DNA from: Albidovulum sp.
GTDB lineage: Bacteria; Pseudomonadota; Alphaproteobacteria; Rhodobacterales; Rhodobacteraceae
Assembly: GCA_028823855.1 (NCBI GenBank)
Contig: JAPPFL010000036.1
Coordinates: 22,342-46,341, forward strand
Reading direction: 5' to 3'
DNA length: 24,000 nucleotides
Part shown: one piece after another, positions 16,373 through 24,000 of the stretch
How the letters are laid out: the number at the start of each line of letters is the position of its first letter
Position numbering within the stretch: position 1 is the stretch's first letter
Notes under the pieces: model-generated
What the model was told of the DNA's origin: nothing
Seen by the model: the letters and a program-made list of their open reading frames with translations, nothing else
The model's database searches: none
Program-made: the position numbers and the translations under genes

Positions 16373-19300
16373 GACTTCGGCGCTTGAATATGCTCCGTTA
16401 CGGCATGTTTGATGGCTACTCGCTCGACTTTGGACCGTCAACTTCGGGCAATTCGGACTTCCATATCGTATTCGGCTCCAACGAGGCCGGCAAAACGACC
16501 ATTTTCAATGGCCTCTTGGACTGCTTTTTCGGTATTCCGAACCGAACTCAGTACTCTTTTCGCCACGGGTCTGCCATGAGCGTCGGCGCAGCATTGGAAA
16601 TCGACGGTAACGAGCAAGAGTTGATACGAATAAAGAAACGAAGCGACTCGCTGCTCGATGATGCTGGCAACCCGATTGGCGAGGAAATTCTTGAAGAGGC
16701 GACGGGCCGCCTGTCGCGAGAAGCCTGGACAACAATGTTCTCCCTGAATGAAGTTACGCTGGCGGCCGGAGCGGAGGATATTCTTGCAGCCAAAGGCGAA
16801 CTCGGCCCCGTGATATTTCAAAGCGCCGCAGGATTGCCGGATTTAAGCAGAACGCTGGATGCCGTCCTCGGACATTCCGAAGAATTATTCGTTCCGGCGG
16901 CGCGCGGCAGACAGCGAAGAACCGAACTGCGGCGACTCGTAGAGAAAGTCGGCGAAATCGAATTGAAGCTCAAGGAAATCGACACGAACGAGCGAGTCTA
17001 TAAGGAATTGCGCGACAGCCTGGATACCGCGCGAAATCGGGAGGCCGAAGCGCGCTCCAAGCACGATTGCCTCAACGCGAAGCGAAGCCAGCTGGAAAAA
17101 TTGAAAATCGCGCAGACTGACGTTGAGGAGCTTAGGGAAAGGAGGCGAATTGCGCGCGAGCTGGCGCGATATCCCGAAGCGCCGCCCGGAGCGGTCGACG
17201 AAGCTGAAACGCTGCTTTCCAAATTTGTAAAAGCCGAAAACAGGAAAAGGGATACGGTGGAGCGGCTGGCGCGCCTAGAAAGGCAAAGCGAAAGAATAGC
17301 GACCAACCCGGGAATCCTTCGGTTTCAGGAACGCGTCGCGGCGCTCACGCAGGCGGCCGCCGTGTCTAGCCGCATGAGAAATGACTTGCTCAGAAGAAAG
17401 GAAACGCGAGACGAATTACGCGATAAATTGCGGGTTTCTTTGGATAAAATTGGAAAGGGACTCGACGAGGATCCTAGGAAGTACGTACTGGACAGCGCCA
17501 AGATCGCGGAACTCGACGCAAAGGCGGAACGGTTTTCCAGTCTTCAAATCAAGTCGGACAACGCAAGAGCCGAACTGGTGAAGGCCGAAAGGGATGCTCG
17601 GACCCACTTTGACAACACCGGCAATTCCGACTCCATCAATCTGGCGGCAGAAGAGCTTGAGCCGATCGTCAGCGAAATGCGCGCCGCGGACTTGCCGGCC
17701 GAGCTCAAGACCGCAGCGGCAAATTTGGAGAATGCGCGCAGCAACGTCTTGGAAGCTGTAGCGAATTTGAAACCGTGGAACCGCAAGTCGATAGAAATCC
17801 TGTCCCATGCGCCGCCGACCGATAATCAAGCTGAAAGATGGCGAGAAAAGGCGAAGCGCCTAGAAGACGATATTCGCAGCACAAATGATAATCGCAGGAA
17901 CAATAGCCGCGAGATCAATATCCTCCAATCCAATATAAAACATTTGACGCAATTGGATGGACTCGTCACCGACGCGCAGGCAAAATCGATTAGGCATGCG
18001 CGCGACCGGGCTTGGCAAACCCTCTATGAGCGCCTCGACCGGAAATCTGCCGACGCGTTTAAGGAGGCGATGGACGAATACGACAGGGTTCGAGACCTTC
18101 GTTTGGAGCATTCGGACCGGATTGCCGATCTGCACGGCGCCCAAATGCATCTAACGGAAAAAGAATCCATTCGCGATTCTCTGGATAGCGACGCAAAAGA
18201 GCTTGGAAAAGAAAAACGGGCGTTGTTGGCTGATACGGCGCCCGTATTGGAATTGCTCGGATTGCCGGGCGACTTTAGTCCCATTGATCTTCCCGACTGG
18301 CTCAAAAAAAGATCCAGGGCCGAAAAATCCATTGTTGAATTTCAAAAATGTGAAAGGGAGCGGGACCGAATTTTCGCCGAATTGGAAGCGAAACGAGCGG
18401 AATTGATGGCCGCTCTCTCCAAAGCGAGCATTACCGAATTTGATAGCGGCACGCAGTTCAAAAGGCTTCTTGCCGTCGCCGCCGACGCGGCTAGCAATGC
18501 GAAGAGCGCTCGCGTTCGACTTGAATCGAAAGAAAAGATGCGGTTGGCGGCAAAAAAGAATCTGGAAGATCGCAAATCCGCTCTCGCGAGTATCGCGCGG
18601 TCGCTGGAGGAATGGAGGCAAGACTGGATTACAGCTTGCAAGAATTCCTGGCTGCAGGGCACGCACCCCGAAACCGTGAAATCTATGCTCGATCCATTGC
18701 GAACGCTTAGGGAGAATCTCGGCAATCTCGACAACATGGATCTTCGCATTGCGAGCATGCAAAGGGAAATCGATGAATTTACCGGTCAGGTTCGCGAGCT
18801 AGCCGGCGACCTAGGACGGAATTCGGACGCCGATCCATTTACTCTATTCGATCAAATGAGGGATTCCGTTGAAGAAGCCGTAAATGCTCAACGCGAATTC
18901 GAACAGAATAGAATTGACCGGGAAAGGGAAAAAAGCGAAATTAAGAGCGCCGACGGCGAGCTCGCGAAAATCGAAGAACGGGTGTCTGAACTCGCCGGGA
19001 TATTTTCGGATGACGAAGGCGTCGCCACCGCCAGCGATCTCCTGCGCGCTTTGCGGAAATGCGATCAAAGATCCGCAATTCTGGGTGAAATAGGAAAGCT
19101 TGAGCACAGGCTCGTAAATCTTCTCAATGCCGAATCCGCGGACGAAGCAGTAGCGCTCGTCGAATGCCAGCAAGAAGGCCTGGAATCGAAACTATTGGCC
19201 TCCAAAACGGAAGCCGATTCCGCCGGCGAAGAATATGTGAAGCAAGTCAGGGAAAGCACGGAAGCCCAAAACCGGATCAACGCCGTTGGATCGGACGAGA

Positions 19301-19860
19301 AAGCCGCAAAACTGACGCAGTATCGTCAGACGCTTCTGCTCGAAATCAAGGAAATTTCAGAAAAGGCGCTTAGAACGCGACTCGGCGTTTTCGCCGCGAG
19401 ACGCGCTTTGAGCAAATACCGGGAAGCCCATAGGAACGAGTTCTTAGAATGCGCTACGAGATTCTTTTACGGAATGACGCTTGGCAACTATACAAGACTT
19501 GATGTCAACGGTACCGGCGCTGAAGACACTTTGATCGCAAAACGTAGCGGCGACAACCGTTCGTGCCAAGTCCATGAATTGTCCAAAGGCACTCAGTTTC
19601 AGCTTTATCTCGCGCTGCGTCTTGCGGGTTTCAAGCGGTATTGCTCGGGAAATCGCCCTCTTCCCTTTTTTGCCGACGACATCATGGCAAGTTTCGACGA
19701 TGAAAGGGCGAAGGAGGCATTCCGCATAATGCTGGAGATCTCCCAATCAAGCCAAATGATCTACTTGACGCACCACGAGCACATGCTCGAGATAGCGGAA
19801 CGCGCTTGCGGACCGCAAGTCCGCCAGCATCTCCTTCCCGTTTCAAATCGCGCCGAATAG
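16369..19860 (+). CDS. SMC/Rad50-like AAA ATPase with a long coiled-coil (YhaN/SbcE-like, SbcC-related)
   Basis: 1163-aa ORF. The N-terminal Walker A is GSNEAGKTT. About 800 aa of E/R/K/L-rich sequence suggests a coiled-coil. The C-terminal ABC-type head has LSKGTQFQLYLALRLA (signature-like), PFFADDIMASFDDER (Walker B/D-loop) and LTHHEH (H-loop). It is translationally coupled to the upstream nuclease gene. Confidence 0.85.
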   Translation: MRLRRLNMLRYGMFDGYSLDFGPSTSGNSDFHIVFGSNEAGKTTIFNGLLDCFFGIPNRTQYSFRHGSAMSVGAALEIDGNEQELIRIKKRSDSLLDDAGNPIGEEILEEATGRLSREAWTTMFSLNEVTLAAGAEDILAAKGELGPVIFQSAAGLPDLSRTLDAVLGHSEELFVPAARGRQRRTELRRLVEKVGEIELKLKEIDTNERVYKELRDSLDTARNREAEARSKHDCLNAKRSQLEKLKIAQTDVEELRERRRIARELARYPEAPPGAVDEAETLLSKFVKAENRKRDTVERLARLERQSERIATNPGILRFQERVAALTQAAAVSSRMRNDLLRRKETRDELRDKLRVSLDKIGKGLDEDPRKYVLDSAKIAELDAKAERFSSLQIKSDNARAELVKAERDARTHFDNTGNSDSINLAAEELEPIVSEMRAADLPAELKTAAANLENARSNVLEAVANLKPWNRKSIEILSHAPPTDNQAERWREKAKRLEDDIRSTNDNRRNNSREINILQSNIKHLTQLDGLVTDAQAKSIRHARDRAWQTLYERLDRKSADAFKEAMDEYDRVRDLRLEHSDRIADLHGAQMHLTEKESIRDSLDSDAKELGKEKRALLADTAPVLELLGLPGDFSPIDLPDWLKKRSRAEKSIVEFQKCERERDRIFAELEAKRAELMAALSKASITEFDSGTQFKRLLAVAADAASNAKSARVRLESKEKMRLAAKKNLEDRKSALASIARSLEEWRQDWITACKNSWLQGTHPETVKSMLDPLRTLRENLGNLDNMDLRIASMQREIDEFTGQVRELAGDLGRNSDADPFTLFDQMRDSVEEAVNAQREFEQNRIDREREKSEIKSADGELAKIEERVSELAGIFSDDEGVATASDLLRALRKCDQRSAILGEIGKLEHRLVNLLNAESADEAVALVECQQEGLESKLLASKTEADSAGEEYVKQVRESTEAQNRINAVGSDEKAAKLTQYRQTLLLEIKEISEKALRTRLGVFAARRALSKYREAHRNEFLECATRFFYGMTLGNYTRLDVNGTGAEDTLIAKRSGDNRSCQVHELSKGTQFQLYLALRLAGFKRYCSGNRPLPFFADDIMASFDDERAKEAFRIMLEISQSSQMIYLTHHEHMLEIAERACGPQVRQHLLPVSNRAE

Positions 19861-20115
19861 ACTATGCGCCGGAGGACGCTTTAATTCGAGCTAACTGGCT
19901 ATACCCTCGAAATCCCAGGCCTGCCGCATCGGAAACTGCTGATTTCGAATTCTTCGGCATAGATATCCGGCTGAATCGCCGGGTATAGGGCCGAATGATA
20001 AAATACGGGCGTCGCGTCGGCGCGGTTCCGGTCCATGCCGAATTTTCGCGCACGTGTCTGGAAAGGAATCGCATTCGCGTGCGGCCGTTGAATGATTGGC
20101 CTGGATTAGCGACTC

Positions 20116-22455
20116 TCATCTTGAATTCGGCTGTTCAAGCTCAACGAATTCCGGAGGATCAAATGCGGTGATATCCGGAGCCGGATCGTCGAATTTTTCG
20201 ACATCGACGAGGCAGCTGTTGGCGCCCGGGCCTTGCGCCAGGCGGGATGTTCCGAAATCCGGAGTTAGTACATTGGGATTTCCATGCTTGCAAATGCTGC
20301 CTGCACGACCCGGCAATTCGGGATCATACCATGCGCCGGTCGCCATCTGAACGACTCCGCGCCGAACGCAATCCGTTACCGTTAGCGATGCAACGCAGGC
20401 TCCCCGCAAATTGAACACCTTGACAGAATCGCCGTTTACCAGCCCTCTATCGGCCGCATCATCAGGGTGCATGGAGACAGGTTCACGACCGTTGACCTTG
20501 GACTTGCCGCTCTCGCTTCCCTGGTCAAGCTGGGAATGAAGCTTGGCCGCCGGCTGGTTCGTTACCAAATGCAGCGGAAATTTCTTGTTGCCATCGCCGA
20601 GCCATTCCCTCGGAGCCAGCCAAGTTGGGCGACCGGGGCAATCCGAATAACCGAAACTAGCAACCGTTTCCGAAAATATCTCGATTCTTCCCGACGGCGT
20701 TTCGAGCCGATGAGTATCAGGGTCCTGGCGAAATTCCGACAGGAAGTTGACCGGCTCGGAAGGCGGTTCCGGCTTGAACCAGCCGCTGCGTCGAAAAGCA
20801 TCATAGTCGGGCATTTCAATTCCCTGCGATTTGGATCTTTCGACTGTTTCCTCGTACAGCCAGCGAATCCATTCAGCCTCGCTCCTGCCTCCGGAAAATT
20901 CCGATTCGAGTCCGAGGCGTTCCGCAATTCCCGAAAGGATCTCGAAATCGTTGCGGCTTTCCGGAAATGGCTCCACTACTTTTTCCATAGCGATGGCATA
21001 AGGGTCGCGCGGCGAAAAAGCGACATCGTCGCGCTCGAGGCCAACTGTGCATGGCAGGACAATGTCCGCGTGCTTCGCGGTTGCGTTCCAGCACCAGTCG
21101 TGAACGATGATCGTTTCGGGTTTCTGCCAGGCAGACAGCATGCGATTTAAATCCTGGTGATGGTGGAATGGGTTCCCGCCGGCCCAGTAAATCAGCTTAA
21201 TGTCCGGGTATCTGTATTTTTTTCCGTCATAATCGAATTTCCGTCCCGGATTTAGAAGCATGTCGGAGATGCGCGCAACGGGTATGAAGTCTCGCACGCG
21301 GTTTTCGCCCTGCGGCAGCGATGCCCCCGGTACCCGTGTATAGTGCCCTCCTATGCTGTTGGTCGCGCTGTATCCAAAGCAGATCCCTCGTCCCCGCAGC
21401 CCGATTTCCCCCAGCATCGAAGCTAGCGCGATCGCGGTCCAAAACGGTTGTTCGCCGTACGCCTGCCTGGTCAGGGACCAACTGGTCGAAATCATAGTTT
21501 TTTTGGCTGCCATTCGCAGAGCTAACTCTTTGATTTCGCAGGCATCGACGCCGCATATCTCTGCCGCCCACTCAGCGTTTTTCGGCGCGCCGTCGTCTTC
21601 GCCCGTTAGGTAAGGCCGGAATTGGTCAAACCCAGTCGTGTATCGTTTAAGGAACTCATGGTCGCAAAGTTTTTCCGTAAACAAGACATGCATGATGCCC
21701 AGCATCATCGCCGTATCCGTACACGGCCGGATAGGTAGCCAGCAATTTCCTGCGGAATGGTCCAAATCCGATCGCTGAGGGCCGACATTTACGAATTCCA
21801 CGCCCGCTTTGATCGCGTTATCGAGTCCCTGCTTTTGTAGATGCGCGCCGATGCCGCCGGAATTTATCTGGCCATTTTTCAGAGGGATGCCGCCGAACGC
21901 AACGACGAGTTCGGCGCCGGAAGCAATCGCCGGCCAGCTCGTCGAGCGGTGCAGGTAGTCCCAAAACCCGCCTATGACATGCCGGATCGCAACCTCCGCC
22001 GCAGCGAAACTGTATGTGTTTTCCGATCGAGTATAGCCGCCGAAGCAATTCAGGAACCTGTGTATCTGGCTCTGCGCATGATGGAACCTTCCGGCGCTCG
22101 CCCAGCCGTACGAACCTGCATAGATCGCCTGATTTCCGAATTCGCCGCGAATCCTGGTCAATTCCTTCGCGACGAGTTTTTCGGCATCTTCCCATGACAG
22201 CTCGACAAAGGCATCGCCGCCCCTTCGTTCAGGGCTAGAACCGGGGCCGCTTTCCAGCCAGCTCCTGCGAACGCTTGGTTTCCGAATTCGGCTAGGCCCG
22301 TCGATTGCGTCGACAATCCCGTTGCCAATTGGCGATGAATCGGGATCTTCCTCGAAGGCATGCAGGGATTTTACGCGGCCATTTTCCGTTTCGACCCTGT
22401 ATGCTCCCCAGTGCGTCGAAGTTAACGGCAATTTTTTCAAGTTTTCTGGTATCAT
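20116..22455 (-). CDS. Molybdopterin-dependent S-/N-oxide reductase, BisC/TorZ family (biotin sulfoxide / free methionine-S-sulfoxide / TMAO reductase-like), cytoplasmic form
   Basis: 779-aa ORF that is collinear with E. coli BisC as I remember it: THWGAYRVE, YAGSYGW, TYSFAAA (Mo-ligand Ser region), IYWAGGNPFHHHQDLNR, AKHADIVLP, GRIEIFS, HPDDAADRG, ICKHGNPNVLT. There is no twin-arginine signal at the N-terminus. Confidence 0.9.
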   Translation of the reverse strand: MIPENLKKLPLTSTHWGAYRVETENGRVKSLHAFEEDPDSSPIGNGIVDAIDGPSRIRKPSVRRSWLESGPGSSPERRGGDAFVELSWEDAEKLVAKELTRIRGEFGNQAIYAGSYGWASAGRFHHAQSQIHRFLNCFGGYTRSENTYSFAAAEVAIRHVIGGFWDYLHRSTSWPAIASGAELVVAFGGIPLKNGQINSGGIGAHLQKQGLDNAIKAGVEFVNVGPQRSDLDHSAGNCWLPIRPCTDTAMMLGIMHVLFTEKLCDHEFLKRYTTGFDQFRPYLTGEDDGAPKNAEWAAEICGVDACEIKELALRMAAKKTMISTSWSLTRQAYGEQPFWTAIALASMLGEIGLRGRGICFGYSATNSIGGHYTRVPGASLPQGENRVRDFIPVARISDMLLNPGRKFDYDGKKYRYPDIKLIYWAGGNPFHHHQDLNRMLSAWQKPETIIVHDWCWNATAKHADIVLPCTVGLERDDVAFSPRDPYAIAMEKVVEPFPESRNDFEILSGIAERLGLESEFSGGRSEAEWIRWLYEETVERSKSQGIEMPDYDAFRRSGWFKPEPPSEPVNFLSEFRQDPDTHRLETPSGRIEIFSETVASFGYSDCPGRPTWLAPREWLGDGNKKFPLHLVTNQPAAKLHSQLDQGSESGKSKVNGREPVSMHPDDAADRGLVNGDSVKVFNLRGACVASLTVTDCVRRGVVQMATGAWYDPELPGRAGSICKHGNPNVLTPDFGTSRLAQGPGANSCLVDVEKFDDPAPDITAFDPPEFVELEQPNSR

Positions 22456-22586
22456 TCGGCTCGAAATCCCGGTTCGGCAAATTCTTGCTGAGGATTTCGA
22501 TCAGCATTTCGCCAGTGGGTGACTGTTAGAGTATTAGACCAAAACGCATAGAACCGCCGGTATTCATTTCGGTCAAATTTTCTCGC

Positions 22587-24000
22587 TTATGTTTCTTCTT
22601 TTCCTGTGCGTTTCAGCTTGTAAACGAGCTCAAGGGCGGAAAGCGGAGTCAATTCGTCAGGATTAATTTTCTCCAGAATGTCCTCAACCGGCGAAGCTCG
22701 AGGAAGCGGCGCCCGGTATTTGGCGGCGGCTGCGAATAGCGGCAAATCGTCAAGCAGCAATTCGGTTTCGCTTTTTTGGCCTTTCTTCCCCTTTTCAAGA
22801 AGATTTAGGATTTCATTCGCCCGGCCCAAAACGGAGGGCGGCATGCCCGCCAGCTTGGCGACTTGCACGCCGTAGGAGCGATCGGCGGCCCCGTCCACGA
22901 CTTCGTGCAGGAAGACGACTTCGCCTTTCCACTCCTTGACCGCGACCGTAGCGTTGGCGATCCGCGGGAGCCTGTCCTTTAGGCCGGTCAATTCGTGGTA
23001 GTGCGTAGCAAACAGCGCTCTGCAGCAGTTGATTTCATGAAGATGCTCCAATGTCGCCCACGCGATCGCAAGCCCGTCGTAGGTCGAGGTTCCCCGTCCG
23101 ATTTCATCGAGAATAACCAGGGCCCCTGAATCCGCTTGGTTGAGAATGGCCGCGGTTTCGACCATCTCTACCATGAAAGTCGAGCGCCCTCGAGCAAGGT
23201 CGTCGGCCGCTCCCACTCTTGAAAACAATTGAGTAACTCTGCCGATCCTGGCCGATTCGGCAGGTACAAATGAACCGGCCTGCGCCAGAAGCGCAATAAG
23301 CGCGTTTTGGCGCAGGTACGTCGATTTCCCGGACATGTTGGGCCCGGTTACCAAACGAATTCTCGCAGCATCGCCGGAATCCGACAGAAAGCAACTATTG
23401 GCAACGAACGGGGAACCGTTTTTTTTGACCGCGGCTTCTACGACCGGATGGCGTCCCCTTACAACGCTGAAGTCCTCGCTGTCGTCGACTATCGGGCGGC
23501 ACCAGTTCTCGGCGACCGCCAGGTGCGCGCTCGATATAGCGACGTCGATTTCAGCCAGCGAACGCGCCGCGACGCTGATCTGAGCCGCTTTCGCAACAGC
23601 CGCTTCGCATAATTCGCCAAAAATCCGTTTCTCTATTTCCAGCGAACGAGTTCCGGCATTTAAGATCAAGGATTCTGTTTTGGCCAATTCCGCAGTCGTG
23701 AATCTCAAGGCGTTGGCCATCGTCTGCCGATGAACAAATGTCTTCGACAAGGGTTCTGCAAGCATTCTGCTCGAATAGGCCGACGTAGTCTCGACAAAAT
23801 ACCCCAATACGTTGTTGTACTTGATCTTGAGCGAATTTATTCCCGTGTCGCGAACATACTGGGCCTGCATCGCGGCTATGACGCTTCGGCCCTCGTCGCG
23901 GTGCCTGCGCATTTCGTCGAGTTCGGGGTCCTGCCCGGAGGCGATAGCCCCGCCGTCGCGCAATAGAAGAGGCGGTTGAGCAACCAGCGCGGATTCAAGC
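22587..24000 (-). CDS. mutS: DNA mismatch repair protein MutS, C-terminal part (N-terminus lies beyond the window end)
   Basis: The minus-strand frame stays open through 23999 (…[22 protein letters not shown]…), so the M at 23963 in the track is an internal TTG. The ATPase domain has [33 protein letters not shown] and FATHYHEL. The C-terminal HTH/dimerisation tail is present, with the stop at 22587-22589. Confidence 0.95.
   Translation of the reverse strand, partial: LESALVAQPPLLLRDGGAIASGQDPELDEMRRHRDEGRSVIAAMQAQYVRDTGINSLKIKYNNVLGYFVETTSAYSSRMLAEPLSKTFVHRQTMANALRFTTAELAKTESLILNAGTRSLEIEKRIFGELCEAAVAKAAQISVAARSLAEIDVAISSAHLAVAENWCRPIVDDSEDFSVVRGRHPVVEAAVKKNGSPFVANSCFLSDSGDAARIRLVTGPNMSGKSTYLRQNALIALLAQAGSFVPAESARIGRVTQLFSRVGAADDLARGRSTFMVEMVETAAILNQADSGALVILDEIGRGTSTYDGLAIAWATLEHLHEINCCRALFATHYHELTGLKDRLPRIANATVAVKEWKGEVVFLHEVVDGAADRSYGVQVAKLAGMPPSVLGRANEILNLLEKGKKGQKSETELLLDDLPLFAAAAKYRAPLPRASPVEDILEKINPDELTPLSALELVYKLKRTGKEET

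Noticed and set aside
19862-20119. 85-aa minus-strand ORF and 60-aa plus-strand ORF (19806-19988) in the convergent gap between the SMC-like ATPase and the molybdoenzyme gene
   Set aside because: Both are Arg/Ser/Pro-rich with no SD and no recognisable fold signature. The region is more simply the 3' untranslated ends of two convergent genes. Its short inverted repeats (19907-19914/19941-19948 and 19962-19970/19977-19985) are built from k-mers that are abundant throughout the window and lack U-tracts.
20467-21150. 227-aa plus-strand ORF
   Set aside because: It is antisense to the BisC-family gene, whose frame is collinear with known enzymes. The composition is typical of shadow ORFs.
22456-22586. 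Moco riboswitch or other leader upstream of the molybdoenzyme gene
   Set aside because: The roughly 130-nt mutS-to-reductase spacer shows no extended conserved-looking helices. Moco riboswitches typically precede moa/mod genes. Nothing beyond weak promoter-like hexamers was seen.

Overview
The window looks like a chromosomal segment from an alphaproteobacterium. This is inferred from the DnaK/DnaJ/AlkB/MutS sequences and the rhizobial-style ABC operons. GC is in the low-to-mid 50s %, estimated by eye and not computed. All calls rest on motifs I could read in the supplied translations and on manual inspection of intergenic DNA; no database search was possible.

Layout, left to right:
1. The tail of a peptide-type ABC importer: the 3' end of a DppC/OppC-like permease gene, an unexplained 468-bp non-coding gap, then a fused double-NBD ATPase (721-2520).
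2. A seven-gene plus-strand operon (3004-10786): ROK regulator, M20 amidohydrolase, CUT2-type sugar-binding protein, RbsC-like permease, YhfX-like PLP enzyme, single-NBD ATPase, double-SIS protein.
3. A convergent alkB, followed by dnaK-dnaJ.
4. A translationally coupled SbcD/YhaO-like phosphoesterase and a 1163-aa YhaN/SbcC-like coiled-coil ATPase.
5. A convergent cytoplasmic BisC-family molybdoenzyme gene.
6. The 3' two-fifths of mutS, running off the window.

I saw no rRNA, tRNA, CRISPR array, IS element, integrase or prophage signature.

The best candidate for an undescribed system is the kinase-less ROK/M20/YhfX/SIS sugar-amine ABC operon. The second is the hook-less SMC-like ATPase plus Mre11-type nuclease pair. 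Smaller oddities:
- A local cluster of TCAAA motifs in the 468-bp gap.
- Two perfect palindromes sharing a GTTCGGC core.
- An AT-rich promoter/operator candidate upstream of the ROK gene.
- Nested inverted repeats in the alkB-dnaK divergent region.
- Marked over-representation of GAATTC.
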